A stretch of 64,000 bases of DNA from Octopus sinensis (Eukaryota). The notes beneath the pieces are model-generated. The model had not been told where the DNA came from. It worked only from the letters and a program-made list of their open reading frames with translations, and did no database searches. Numbering within the stretch: position 1 is the first letter of the stretch; each line of letters starts with the position of its first letter. The translations under genes were made by a program, and so were the position numbers. This document shows, piece by piece, positions 1 to 14,089 of the stretch. The DNA is taken from contig NC_043011.1 in NCBI RefSeq assembly GCF_006345805.1, forward strand, positions 46,140,464-46,204,463, given 5' to 3'.

Positions 1-597
1 AACTGTGGAGTAAACAAGTTTAAAGAAGTAAAGGCTGTTGTAAGACAAAGTACATTAAAGATTAGAAATTGTTGCTAAATAACTAGATTAATCTTTCTGA
101 AGGAGAAGGATATTTAGTCAACCAAGTATTACATACTTAAGTTTACATTTGTTAGTGTGGAGTGCACTGTAATAGCTGCAGCTTGTTTCATCCTGTTTAC
201 TAATCACCCTGATTTAGTTAGTCAAGAAGTTTGCTGATTAACAGATTAAGATGGATATAACCAAACGTGTTGGGGTGGGGAGCACCACCGATGCTGCTGA
301 TACATGCAGCAGCCGTAATAGTAATAATATTTTCTAACGTTGATTCTAAATTTTGGCACAAGGCCAGCAACTTCAGGGAAGAGGTTAAGTTGGTTACATC
401 AACCCCAGTACTCAACAGGTACTTATTTTATCAAACCTGAAAAGGATGAAAGACAAAGTTGACCTCAGCTGAATTTGAACTCAGAACACAAAGACAGATG
501 AAACTCCACTAAGCGTTTTGGATTCTGCCAGCTTGCCACCTTATAATATTAACAGCCATAATTGAATGAAAATGTGTGTAATTTGATAGATATAGTC

Positions 598-1005
598 TTT
601 TACTCTTTTACTTGTTTCAGTCATTTGACTGTGGCCATGTTGGAGCACCGCCTTTAGTCGAGCAAATCGACCCCAGGACTTATTTTTGTAAACCCAGTAC
701 TTATTCTATTGGTCTCTTTTGCCGAACTGCTAAGTTATGGGGACATAAACACACCAGAATCAGTTGTCAAGCAATGTTGGGGGGACAAACACAGACACAC
801 AAACATACATACACACACACACGTCTATATATACATATATACAACGGGCTTCTTTCAGTTTCCATCTACCAAATCCACTCACAAGGCTTTGGTCAACCTG
901 AGGCTACAGTAGAAGACACTTGCCCAAGGTGCCATGCAGTGGGACTGAACCCAGAACCATGTGGTTCGTAAGCAAGCTACTTACCACACAGCCACTCCTA
1001 CGCCT
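598..1005 (-). mobile_element. Family A tRNA-derived octopus SINE (internal CA/TA microsatellite); representative of ~24 copies
   Basis: Head AGGCGTAGGAGTGGCTGTGTGGTAAGTAGCTTGC..GGTTCTGGGTTCAGTCCC, tail TGACTGAAACAAGTAAAAGAG. Other minus-strand copies near 3680-4068, 11625-12003, 18253-18652, 21225-21465, 21613-21985, 24378-24675, 30995-31382, 31450-31625, 46838-47185, 47786-48160, 48766-49170, 49806-50214, 52620-52700, 53280-53673. Plus-strand copies near 17340-17855, 30172-30425, 34222-34625, 36260-36660, 40091-40250, 41440-41685, 45992-46150, 60681-60770, 61575-61995. Confidence 0.9.
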
Positions 1006-1029
1006 ATCTCAATTCCCTCTGATCAAAAC

Positions 1030-1145
1030 ATAGAGGTGGAGAAACTATGAGCTAGAAAATTATAATTGAAATCTAGGGATGTGGGGTATGAAAATAGAAC
1101 AGTGCCAGTAATAATAGGGGCAAAGGCTCTAGGTATGAAAACATA
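1030..1145 (+). mobile_element. Degenerate R4/Dong-like RLE-domain fragment
   Basis: Residual TVPVIIGA(K)ALG motif, with stops. Confidence 0.35.
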
Positions 1146-2106
1146 GGACTGAATATGAAAAAATAGACAGGAAAAACAATAGTATAAAATAAATGAAATG
1201 TTTCATCAATGGAATATCCTCATGGGATCAAACAGGGAACTCCATGGATTCAGAATGATCCTTTTTACTGAGGCCATGTATCTTCTCTTAGATGTGTTCT
1301 CCATCTTATTGGTGTACTTTGAGAGTAGACCCATTCACTTATGGCATTCTCATAGCTCCCCGTAGAAGGAGATAAGATCTCTCTTTTCATCATAACTTGC
1401 CTCTTTAAGACAAATTGATAAGGGCTTGACTAAAGAAGGAAATGCTGCTCCTTGGTCCTTATAAATCTGTCTAACATAGAACCTTTTCTATTATAGCCAA
1501 CAGATAGAGGAAGACCGCTTGCCCTTATGTCCAAAGGAAGGTGACAGGTCAAGTTTTATGATAGACTTGGTGTTAATAATGATAATAATAGACAGGAGCA
1601 ATGCCAAATCAAAGATAATTACAAAACCAAAATAAATGGGAAATAAAAATAACATCAAGTCTAGACTATGCAATTGTTATAAAGAGATGACTGACCACAT
1701 CATTTATGACTGTCCAGTAATTTCCAAGTGTGAGTATTTTTGGATTCATGACTGATTCAGTAGCTATGTCCATCAGGCAAAAGTTTCGCATCGGGGGAAG
1801 GGCACAATCCTCTTATGAGAAAAACTAGCTTCTGATGACTGAAAGGGGTTCGAGAAATTGGTATGTTTAATAAAATCACAATGTTTTCCAACTGTTTAAA
1901 CTTGTCAAAACTACCTTTTGATCTTTACACATTTTTTTTGCCTTGAAGGGCTTAGTTGAACAAATTGACCCCAGCATTTATTTATTGTTTTTTTAAAGCC
2001 AGGTACATATTCTGTGGGTCTCTTTTGCCAAAATGATGAAAAGCAATGTTGACTTCATTTGAACTTTGAATATAAAGATGAATGAAATGCTGCTAAGCTC
2101 ACTGCC

Positions 2107-2143
<37 letters not shown>

Positions 2144-2160
2144 TAATAATAATATTAATG

Positions 2161-2194
<34 letters not shown>

Positions 2195-2221
2195 TAATAA
2201 TAATAATAATAATAATTGTTG

Positions 2222-2540
2222 TTATCATTAGTCCTAACTTATGTAAAGTCAATACCACCATGACCGATATCCAAACTACAGTGGAGAAGGCTAGCCACTG
2301 GATTTGGTTAAAAAGCGACAATGAGCAATGGCGAGAAGAATATTGAGCTTTATTTGATAAACAGTTGATCTAACAAGCGGGGTCTCATATCAGTGAGGGG
2401 GGGGGTGCACATTGATGCCGTCGAGAGGTAGGCCCCGAAATGGCGTGCATTCTCTCCTGATGACCCCATACACTTGCTGGCTTCCGGTATGTGGAGTTTT
2501 TGACTGGTAGCACTTGCATGTGCAAGTTGTTTGCAAGACA
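2222..2540 (+). mobile_element. 5'-truncated RLE-type LINE (HERO/NeSL-like) 3' end within (AAT)n
   Basis: Translation TTVEKASHWIWLKSDNEQW* resembles the AEKASxWLWLKR C-terminus of HERO-like elements. ~200 bp of 3' UTR follows. (AAT)n on both sides. Confidence 0.55.
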
Positions 2541-2558
2541 AATAATAATGATAATAAC

Positions 2559-2590
<32 letters not shown>

Positions 2591-2600
2591 CAACAACAAT

Positions 2601-3022
2601 GAACTTCTCTGCCCTAGGAGTATGGAAAACACTCAGCAAGAAACGGAAGAAAATTTGAAGAAAGAAGGAATAATAATAATAATAATAATAATAATATAAT
2701 AATAATAACAACAATGAGCTTCTCTGCCCTAGGAGTATGGAAAACACTCAGCAAGAAACGGAAGAAAATTTGAAGAAAGAAGGAATAATAATAATAATAA
2801 TAATGATAATAATAATAATAATAATAACAACAATGAGCTTCTCTGCCCTAGGAGTATGGAAAACACTCAGCAAGAAACGGAAGAAAATTTGAAGAAAGAA
2901 GGAATAATAATAATAATAATAATAATGATAATAATAATAATAATAATAACAACAATGAGCTTCTCTGCCCTAGGAGTATGGAAAACACTCAGCAAGAAAC
3001 GGAAGAAAATTTGAAGAAAGAA

Positions 3023-3024
<2 letters not shown>
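2601..3024. repeat. Composite minisatellite: four copies of a ~70-bp core separated by variable (AAT)n
   Basis: Core GAGCTTCTCTGCCCTAGGAGTATGGAAAACACTCAGCAAGAAACGGAAGAAAATTTGAAGAAAGAAG starts at 2601, 2716, 2835 and 2957. Confidence 0.95.
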
Positions 3025-3064
<40 letters not shown>

Positions 3065-3862
3065 TAATAATAATGAAAATAATTGCAATGGTGTCATTTA
3101 GGTTAGAGTGTAAAAGATGCTAGCCTATCTGCTTACTGATACATGGTTTAAAGAAAATGCAAAGTCAATCTGATAATGAATATTTACATATTTATTCAAG
3201 TTATTATGAATCACTAATGTTAAATAAATGACAACAAATTCCTCCTGTAAATCCAAGGTGTGAAAGAATTCTATTCAATACTGAATCTATAGAATATAAG
3301 AAATAAAAGCAAAATAAACTTGCAAAATGTTAAACTGAATTTAACTTGCAGTTTCCAAAGCAACAACAAGATTCATTGCTGTACGTGTAGAACAAGATAA
3401 AAAAAACTATAACAGGTTTTAAGCAGCGTGTAACAACATAATATACATGTTTCACAAAATACAAACATCTCCAAAAGACCCAAACACATTTATAAGAGTA
3501 TGGGAGACCAATAGAGACAGGAGTAACAAAATGTTAAGGAAATCTGTGAACAGAAGAGATGGAAAGGTTGGAAACAGATTGAGTATGGCATGTCTGTCTG
3601 TCTGTCTATCTATTTATCTGTCTATCTATCTATCTATCTATCTATCGATCTATCTATCTATCTATCTATCTATCCTTTTATTCTTTTACTCGTTTCAGGC
3701 ATTTGACTGTGGCCATGCTGGAGCATCACCTTGAAGGGATTTTAATCAAATGAATTGACCCCTGGATGTATTTATTCTGTCATTCTCTTTTGCTGAACTG
3801 CTAAGTTACAAGGATATAAACACACCAGCATCAGTTTCCAAGCAATGGTGGGGGCGGGACAA

Positions 3863-3907
<45 letters not shown>

Positions 3908-4089
3908 CACACATTACGGGCTTCTTTCAGTTTCCGCCTACCAAATCCACTCATAAGGCTTTGGTCAGCCTGAGGCAATAGTAGAAGACCTTGCCCAAAG
4001 TGCCACACAGTGGGACTGAACCTGGAAGCATGTGGTTGGGAACCAATTTTCTTACCACACAGCCATATCTGCAATACATATATATAAAT

Positions 4090-4127
<38 letters not shown>

Positions 4128-4888
4128 TCGATGTGGAAAGAAATTGAGACAGAATCTGTGCATTAAAGACATCAACTAAAGTATGCAGGAGAGACAACTG
4201 CTTGCTATGACATGTGATTCAAGTTGATGACATGTGCTCATGGAAACCATTCCATATATCAAGTGTAGGAAGTACCAACGAGGGGTGAAATTAAATGTCA
4301 TTATGTGAAAATATATAATAAAGAGATGGGTGTAATATGTCACAATGGAGACCAATTCAACCATGTCAATAAAGATAAACATAGTGAGATGCTGATGGTG
4401 GTGGTGGTGATGAAATAAGTGGTGATGGTGGGGTCATTGCATGTAATTAATTAATTATTACTTAGAAATAGAAACAGAATTCTAGAAATATTTATGTTTA
4501 GAAATTGATGTTATAATTTAATTAAAAAAATGATGGTGGTGGTGGAATTTAATCAGCTTATTCTATGATTTAGTTCAGTAAATTCCTTTAAAAGTATCAT
4601 CAGACTGGATTAAAATTAATAAAAACAATATTTTCCCCCACCCTTTTCTTTCTCCTGCAACAGTGCAATAAAGCAATATTCACTGAATGTAATTAGATAA
4701 TTATTGGAATAAAATTTTTTAAATATACAATAAGATAAAACAAACTAACATTTTAATTATGACATATTTGAAATGGATGTTAACGAGCAATACGATATCA
4801 CATTTGGTTTCTAAAAATCAAAACAAACAAACGAACATATTAAAAACAAGACAGAACTGAGATATATGCATCTTGTGTGAAAACTTAC

Positions 4889-5240
4889 GGCTGGATATTG
4901 CAGAATTAGAATCACGGCATGGATCTTGGAACTTTCGAAAGCATAAAGATTGTATCCAATGACTAATTTTTCTTTTAATATCTTTCCTCAATTTAGGATT
5001 TAAAAGGTCTTTCACACCAAGCACCTCCATCTTAATCAGTGTTTTCACTTTTTTGCTCTCACTAAACTTTTCATTCTGACTTATATCTACTTTTGATGTT
5101 GTTTTTTTCTGTTTTTTTTTCTTGAAAAGTTTTTCGATAATTATGTCTATCTGTCCAGTTGGTTGGCTATCTTTTGTATTTTTTTTTGTTTTTAATTTGC
5201 TTTGTAGTATTTTTCCTTCTTTCCTCCTGTCTATATACAT
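4889..5240 (-). CDS. Candidate coding exon, product unknown (..MEVLGVKDLLNPKLRKDIKRKISHWIQSLCFRKFQDPCRDSNSAISS)
   Basis: Non-repeat ORF ending at a consensus donor C|GTAAGT (4888-4883). No family recognised and 5' boundary uncertain. Confidence 0.25.
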
Positions 5241-6020
5241 CTATAATTTTCCTTTGATGGCTATTATTTGCTATTGCCAAGCCAATTAGCGAATTGGCAT
5301 CCCAAAGCTTATTGGTTCAGCTTCGTCTGTCAATCTGACATGATGATATGTATCTATTCATAGTGAGCAGATTGCTTCCACTGCCATCAGTGTGTGAATG
5401 AAATCCCAATGTAGAAAGTTCAGAGAATAACTTAAGCAGACATAGTTACATAGGCTATATAACAGAGACGGGTATGTGTGTGCGAAAGAGAAAGTGAGAG
5501 ACAGAAAGTGTATATATGTATATAAATATAATAAATATGCTTGTATATATATATATGTGTATATATATGAAACAGTAAAACATGAAATGAGAGTAAAAAC
5601 TATAATTTCAGACTATTCCTCAGTTGGGGAGAGTGATAACTGAATTCCTGTTAGAAAATAATAAAAGAATAGGTTTCCCCCTTCATTTCTACTGATGTTT
5701 GACTAAAGTTCATTTGAGTCTTAGTTGTCCGAAAGTAAAAAGAGAAAAATTTTCAAAATAGATTAAATCAATAGGATCGATAATGATTTTTGTAGCAAAG
5801 TAATTGTTGACATGTGTAAGTGTGTGTGTGTGCATGCACATATATTTGTATATATGTCTATACATACATGCACAAAATATGTTTGTGTATGTATATATAC
5901 TTACATGATAATACATGCATACACATACACTCATCTATATATATATGTATATATATATGGGCACAAATACACACACACATACATAAGCACATATAAATTA
6001 CATTCAGACACATAAAGATG

Positions 6021-6052
<32 letters not shown>

Positions 6053-6054
6053 GT

Positions 6055-6108
<54 letters not shown>

Positions 6109-6509
6109 CGTGTGTGCATGCACAATTTCACCAACCCATTTCTCCTTGAGAGAAAAAGTGTGTGTGTATGTGTGTAAGTGAACATGTGGTCAAACATCTA
6201 TAACTAATATTTATTACTAATATGTCTATGTGTATATATATATGTAGTTAATTATGTAAGCAGTCTTACACATGGCTACATCATACATATATATATATAT
6301 ATATATACTCTGATATGCACATATACACAAACATTTTCACATCTCCTCAATCTTGCCATGCATATCCATCCAAAGGGAATAAATCAATTTCCTTTCAGGT
6401 AAAATATTTGGCAGACTGTCTAGAAAAAAATAAATAAAATAAAAAAAAAATACATATATATATATAAAAAATTGAAAATAAATATAAAATCAAATCTTAG
6501 ATATAGGAG

Positions 6510-6627
<118 letters not shown>

Positions 6628-6824
6628 TTAAGAAAGAAAAGGAACAATGAAAGTGAATAAAAAAAGGGAAGGAAACCTGCAGAAATTAGGTTGAATAATA
6701 AATCGATCTTTTGATTTCAACAGACTTGTATAGTTTTGTACTTTACAGTAAGATAAAGCAATTATTTTAATTATTTCACACAAAATAAAGAAAACTCTTG
6801 CTACTCCCATACCCTCTGTCTTAC

Positions 6825-6880
6825 TTGATAGGTGAGCCAATTCATGTGAATTCCTAAGATTGCCTCCTTTGCTGCAGCAA
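6825..6880 (-). CDS. Candidate 56-bp exon (VAAAKEAILGIHMNWLTYQ)
   Basis: TAG acceptor at 6883-6881 and CAA|GTAAGA donor. Phase-compatible with the candidate exon ending at 7377. Confidence 0.22.
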
Positions 6881-7376
6881 CTAATACATTCAGTCTACAA
6901 TCACATCACGAATAACAATCAAGCCAGTAAATTATGCCTGGTGAAAAGGTCTGTCAGTTTAGCTATATTTATAAGAAAATTTTATTAACCCAAAGAAAGG
7001 CTTCTTAAATACACCACTGACTATATTTATCCACATCTTGGCAACAAAAGCAGGTCAGAAAACACTTGTTTTGTTTTGTTTTTCGGGGGGTTTTTTTTTG
7101 TTATAGCAGTGTAGTCTTTTGCTTGCATTTATTGAGTCTGTACTTTAGAATAACTTGTTTACAAGTGCTGGTACTAATAGGCAAGACTTTACTCATCCAC
7201 ATTTATTTTACAACCAGTGAACCAACACAGACACTGTCATTCTTTTGTTTCTCCTATCATGCAGATACCACAGTCACAGCTCATTTGAATTGTGCAACCA
7301 CCCACACCCATTTGATACCCCTGTCTCTTTCCATTATACAAAGCATCTTGTTTCTGTCTTTCCATTCAGACCGTAC

Positions 7377-7595
7377 CTTTCAAAAACTCTCTGTCAACAT
7401 TAATTAAAAATTTTCTCTCCAATCTGCTGGGTTTGCTCATCATCACCTAAATCAGCCCCATCAAGATTATCCCCTTGAGAACTTAAAATTGTTTGCGAAG
7501 CTATTAAAAAAGGGCAATGGGAAATTGTTTCCAAATATTGTCTCTTGAACCTTATTGTCACTAAATATGGTGAGGTATTTAATGGTGCTCCAACA
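7377..7595 (-). CDS. Candidate exon needing a 1-bp correction in an A/T run (VGAPLNTSPY...GDDEQTQQIGEK/FLINVDREFLK)
   Basis: CTAAC..TGCAG acceptor and AAG|GTACGG donor. The frame is open either side of AAAATTTTT at ~7408-7416. Confidence 0.2.
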
Positions 7596-10272
7596 CTGCA
7601 GTCAATGGGTTAGGTATGAAAAGAAATATATAAAATACTTCTAGAAAACAATGTAAGTGAAATTACATTTTGCTGTCTTAAAAAAACCAAAAAAACTGTT
7701 GGTCTGTGCCACCAAGCAATAGCAACATGAATAAAAAAGAATTTGATGATGATCAAGATATGGCTTTTATTGCTAATAATGTGAAACACTAAAATATTAA
7801 AAAAAAACCCGTAAAATATAAAAATGTATTATGTTTTAGGTTAATAGCTTTAGTTTGTTCTGAAAAATCACTACTAACAGACTATAAAAAGTTAGTTGAG
7901 CCACTGTATTACTAGAGAGGACAAATTAAAAAATTACAAAAAAAATATGACAAATTTTTCACAGAGATATTCAATCTCCTATTGTGCCTTTCACAAAGGA
8001 AAAGCCATATAAAGTATATACATCAGATTTTGGAAATCACGCCATAGTGACTTCCTGGGTTTACTAGGAAAAAAGAGGGAAAAGGTTGGAAAACCATAGG
8101 GGAAAGCAAGAAAGTTAGGAAAGAGGGAAAAAAATTGAATGAACTGAAAGTAAAGGCTGGAATGTTTTCACACACACACACACACAAAAAAAAAAGAATG
8201 GTACCCTGCTCTCCTGGAATACTTGAACTTGATGGTAATTTAAACATAAACTGCAGCCAATTTGATTTTATACTGAATCTAAAAGAGGACAAAACAAGTA
8301 CTGTCCAGATTGAGAAGCTAGAGGGTCAATACCCTACAGGGTAAAAGGCAGTCTCTTGACAGCTATGGCATCTCTGTCCATGAAGTTTGGGACTTTTCAC
8401 AGCTCAGTTAAAGCCAGAACATTCATGGGCAATTTCAGAGATTATAGTGATCACAGTGAAAGGTGGTCAGAGTTGGTGTGGTTTTTTGATCTTATCTTGG
8501 TGATCGTTTCTCATCCATGTCAGTGAGTAGCTTGACATTGTTTTTTTAAAAATTTAATTGACCCATTTCAATTAAATTTATGTCCTACTCCCACCTAACA
8601 CATTTACAGATACATCTAACATGTTTTGTAATCCTTTTTGTAATGGGCTACTGTGGCAAATGAAGAAAGGATTGTTATTGATGTTATTATTGCTATTAAA
8701 AGTGGGTGGTGGATGCGAAGGTGGGTGGAGTTTCAGACAAAATGCTGTGGAGTATTTAGTCATATACTTTTATATCACAAGTTCAAATTTTGCCAGGGTC
8801 AGCTTAGCTATCTTCTTAGATGATGAAATAAAGTACCAGTGTAATACAATAGTTGACTGTTCCTCCAACACCACCAAATTTCTGGTTTTGTGAGAAACTG
8901 GCGGAATTATTGGAACATCAGACAAATGCCTTGTGGTACTTAGTTATGGTATAGACTAATTTTCTTACATCAAAATTGTTGTTCTTGTATTTAAATCAGA
9001 AACAGGTGTTACTTCTGGGTTTGTGCCTAAATTAGAAATTATTTAAATTATTATTACATTCTCATTCTCAGTTGAAATCTTGCCAAGGTCAACTTTGCCT
9101 TCCATTTTATCATTTTTTTTTTGTCCTTTTGTTTAGTCTGATGGAAGAGTCGGTGATTATGGTCTTTGCAGGCCCTTCAAGACTCATGGGTTTGATGCCA
9201 TTAATGTACCATCTAAACTGTTGTAGATCAACATCTGAATAAAAAGACATGAAAAAGGAGAAGGTTCAAGAGGGCCAAAGTTCTTGGGAGAAAGGACTGG
9301 TCATAATGGATAGAATAGGGCCCAGGAGCTATGATGCAACAAGAATGACAAGTGATGGACAAACAAGTGAGTGAAGGTTGTGTAAATAGTGGAGGTACAA
9401 AACCAGCCAATAAGTGAGGGCAAAGTTACCTTTCAAGTCGTGCTGACTCACAAGGGCCTATTTCCTGGTTTCTGTGGCATATATATTCATCACCTGGATG
9501 GGACGCTGGTCCATCACAGAATTACTCATTTTTGCCAGCTGAGTGGATTGGAGCAATGTGAAATGATGTGTTTTGCTCAAAAACCATGTGTCACCTGGTC
9601 CATGAAATGAAATCCCAATCTTACGATCATAAGTCCAACACCCTAACCACTAAGCCCTGTGCCTCCACCAGCCAATGCTGAGGAGCAGATGTTATTTTGG
9701 TAGTGATAGAAAAGACAGGGAGAAGTGACACAGAGAAGAAACAGCATGCATGTGGGCCAGAGACTGGAGTGTGTCCATTAGTGATTCAATATGATTTGAA
9801 ACATAAATTCAAACCTACCAATAGTCCTACAAAGCCCCAAAATGGGAAACATATTAAACAAATACTGCATAAAAAACAGTAAATGACAAGACAAAAACCT
9901 GAAGAAACAACTAACTAGAGCGAAATTCTCATCAGAAACTAAAACCGAATTCTTTGTAAAAGAGTGTGGAGATGGTAGATGTGGAATCTATTTGTATTCA
10001 TGTAACATTTTCTTCGTTTTCTCATTTTTTTTGTCTGTGTTGTTGTACACATTCGCGTGCTTTCTTCCAAAAATTTAAGGCTCTTAGCTTAGATTTTTGG
10101 GGCCTACCAATTTCTAACAGTCTCAAGTGTAATAGACGGAAACTGTAATGATAATTGTAAGCTTGACTGATGAATAGAGGGGTCACGAATGACCTGTCCT
10201 GTCTGTCTTTGTATCGTCTATCTGTCTGTATGCTTTTGTTGTCATCTGTTACATTCTTATTCCATTTTTTCG

Positions 10273-10307
<35 letters not shown>

Positions 10308-10446
10308 TTATAAGAGATAATGGTGTCATTGAGACCCAAAGGTGTCAGGTAATGCTGAATAAGTGCTATAGACAGACCATAGTTAAGTTCCAGATTTGGT
10401 AATATTGCGAATAAAGGGTTCAACGTTGGTGCTATGTCAGCATGTG

Positions 10447-10484
<38 letters not shown>

Positions 10485-10897
10485 TATATTGACCAAAAAT
10501 AAAAATAAATATTATTAACACACATATATATACTCATACATGTATCATCAACATAATATAATGCCCATTTTCCATGCTGGCATGTGTTGGACGGTTTTGA
10601 CAGAAGCTGGCCAACAGATTAGCTGCCCAGGCTCAAAGTCTCTTTTGGCATGGTTTCTTTCTACAGCTGGATGCCCTTCCTAGTACCAACAACTTTACAG
10701 AGTGTACTTGGTACTTTTACACAGCACTGGCACAGATGTGTCTTTGTGGAACAGGTACACATGCTTTTTATGCAGCACCAGCTCCCAAAACAAAAAATAT
10801 ATAGATATTTAGATATATATATACATATAATTGTGTGTATATGTTTATGTATATATAATTATATATACACACACATTTATATAATCAAATATATGTG

Positions 10898-11233
10898 TAT
10901 GTGTCTTCTGGGATCTCAGGCATCCTCCATCCGATTGTAATCAAATTTGTTATGTAGATACCGACAGTATCAGGGCGTGTATAAATCTTGAAAAAATTAC
11001 AAAAATTGATTCCAGGTGAGAATGCGATCGATAAAGCCGTGGGAACGTGCATTTGTATGCGCAAGTACATCAGTCGAAATCCGTCTTTTGTTGGCGTCTC
11101 AATTATAGGTTAAACCAGTGTTTCTCAAAGGGGAGGCCAATGGGACAGTCGGACAAGTTGTTTTGAGAAAATTTGGTTTAAATGTTTGACAACTCAGCAC
11201 CGTCCATTGGACGGGGGGGGGGCGTTTTGCTCG

Positions 11234-11234
<1 letters not shown>
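10898..11234 (-). mobile_element. HINE-like element, family 2 (second copy)
   Basis: Reverse-complement similarity to 60051-60400 over ~330 bp. Confidence 0.6.
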
Positions 11235-11274
<40 letters not shown>

Positions 11275-13049
11275 AGAGAGAGAGAGAGAAAGACTCAAAC
11301 ACTAACATGTGTATACACATGTATTTATACAAATATATAAACATTCTTCTCAACATTTTGAGATTTATACCATAATGTCTGCAGTACATAAATATTTTTA
11401 TATACTTTACAACTTTTATATTAATGCATGCATGCATGTACACACGCACACACACACACACACAAACACACACACAAACACATACACACACAAGTACGCT
11501 TTGTTTTATAGAAGCCAAAACAAACTTCATAAACTATTACTCAAAGTTTCATGCCACCGAAATTCATTAGACAGCTGTGATAATTCAGTCTTATAAAATT
11601 TTTTTATCTTTTTTTTTGTGTATATTCTTTTACTTTTGTTTCAGTTATTTGACTATGGCCATGCTGGAGCACGGTCTTAAAGGGTTTTTAGTTGAAGAAA
11701 TTGTAGCCCTAGTACTTACGCTATCAGACTCTTTTGCCAAATTGCTAAGTTACGGCGATGTAAACATACCAACATCAATTGTCAAGTGATGGTGGGGGAA
11801 CAAACATCAACACAAAGACACACACACACTATATATATATACGATGGACTTCTTTAATTTTCCATTTACCAAATCCACTTACAAGGCTTTGATCAGCTGA
11901 AGGCTAATAGAAGACACTTGCCCAAGGTGCTATGCAGTGGGACTGAACTCAAAACCATGTGGTTGGGAAGCAAGCTTCTTACCACACAACCATGCCTACA
12001 CCTATATATTTAAACATTTAGATATATATTGATATATTATCGTATACAGACACACACACACACAGATGGTGTGTGTATGTGTGTGGGAATGTGAATGTGC
12101 ATTCAGGAGGGAAAGGGGAAGGGATAAATAGGGACTCACGTACACGCATCCATTCATACATATACTTAAACACGCATCATTTGAAACAATCTCAGTTAAT
12201 AACTTCATATCTGGGAGAGAAGAGTTCAATAGTTCTATATAATGCTGCTGTAGTTATAAACCTAGTAACAAGGTTGAGAAAGTTGTATGGATTGTGAATA
12301 CTCAATGAAGAAAATAAATGTGATTTTACTCAATATTATTTAAATGCCTAAAACAAATTAAGTAGAAAATAACAAAAAAACAAACATAAAACAAAAGTAA
12401 AAGTGTAGAGAAAGTTTCTGAAACTTCTTTTATGTTGAATTAGTATGATTCCTAGTTAGAGTAATTTCACTTCATTTATTTTGCTGTTGGCTTTATGAAA
12501 ATCACTTAAGATCATGCACTCCTATTTCTCATTTCTTATAAATGTTTACTCCTCTGCTTATATGCCAAATTAGGTACAAATTCAGTTTTATTTATTTTTT
12601 TTTTTTTGTATATACGAAATGCAAATCAAATATATATGGACTGAAATAAAATAACAATGTTATACGAACTTTATACATCATGTGCACCACACAAATGCAC
12701 ATACAATCTCTCATAAACATACCCATATATATATGAATATATATAAGCATATATATGAATATATATATATATATATATAAGGTGACATAGGGTGGTATAG
12801 TTTGCATGAAACATTGTCTGATGTATATGTTATGTTTTACTAATTTTTTAAACACAAAATAATGCTGGTTATAAAAATTAATATTACCTGTTGATTGATG
12901 GTTTGTACTCCTATGCGGTATTTCAGTATATTTATATATGTGTGTGTGAGGTGTGTGCATGTGTGCATGTGTATATATGTGTGTGATTAAGTTGATTTTT
13001 ATATTACATATAACTTACATAAAGACAAGCATTAATTAATGTGTGTGTG

Positions 13050-13113
<64 letters not shown>

Positions 13114-14089
13114 TTATGTATATACATGTATACATATATATAAGAAAAATAAGAAAACAGTGATAAATCAATTAATAATTATATTTATTAATTACAAAAC
13201 TAGACATAATCTCTAATTATTACCTTATTTTTGAATATTAAATCAAATATTCAAAATAAATAATAGGTAATAAACTTGTAAATTCATCAGATATTATTAT
13301 CCCTTAAGGAGGTTTTTAACCTTTAATTGAACTATATTATATATATATGTATATATATATATATATATATATAAGAATCAACACCTCCTCATGGACCTAT
13401 TTCTACACATCTGTTATAAATATGAAAATAAGAAAAGCACATCTCTTTGTCTATACACATATGAAATATATGAAGCAAGACGGGCAAAAAGAAAAAAAAA
13501 AAAAAGAAAGTCTGTCAATGAACGATTCATTAAGAAACACAGGAACAAACTTTATAACATAAAAATTGTTAAAATGAGTCAAATTTGAAATGAAAATACC
13601 GTATTTTTTATGAGCGGATTCAACTGCAACGTGAGCTTGCACATTTGTGTGCATACTGTCCTTACTCTGGTGGCCGGAAGAAACGAAAAAGTAAGCCAGT
13701 CTGATTCTGAAGTTTGACTTGAAGAGATTAAGAGATTAGCGAGTCTGGATTTCAGATTTTAGTTTCAGACCAGAGAACTGTGAATGTCAAGAATTGCAGA
13801 TTATAAGATCAGGTCAGAAGAAATTTAGACCTAATTATGAGTTTTATAAGTGAGTCCGAATTGTAGATTTGTCCAGTTGGATATGTGAACATAAATGAGT
13901 CTTGGATATTTTAGCTCCTTTATTTATAAGTATCCTCTTATATTTCAACTTTCGTATTGAAATAGTCTCAAAAACTAAGATAAAAAGACAACTGCAGCTT
14001 GATGTTTTTTATTTTTATTGTATTGAAGTTTGTGTTTTTTTTATAGATTGATCATCCTCTTATTTTGTAGTTATGCTAATTTTATTTCT

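Noticed and set aside
2601-3024. Regularly spaced direct repeats superficially like a CRISPR array
   Set aside because: Eukaryotic context, ~70-bp repeats, spacers are (AAT)n rather than unique sequence, and no cas genes.
2055-3097. ORFs with poly-I/poly-L/poly-N/poly-Y runs (and similar YI/CV/TH-repeat ORFs throughout)
   Set aside because: They are translations of (AAT)n, (TA)n, (CA)n and (CT)n microsatellites, with no coding signal.
8365-8522. 53-codon plus-strand ORF ending at a GTGAGT donor
   Set aside because: No compatible neighbouring exon or recognisable motif. Similar single-strand candidates occur on both strands, at about the rate expected by chance.
9136-9230. SDGRVGDYGLCR after a strong acceptor, resembling a kinase DFG motif
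   Set aside because: The frame stops after ~29 codons and no other kinase subdomain exons were found.
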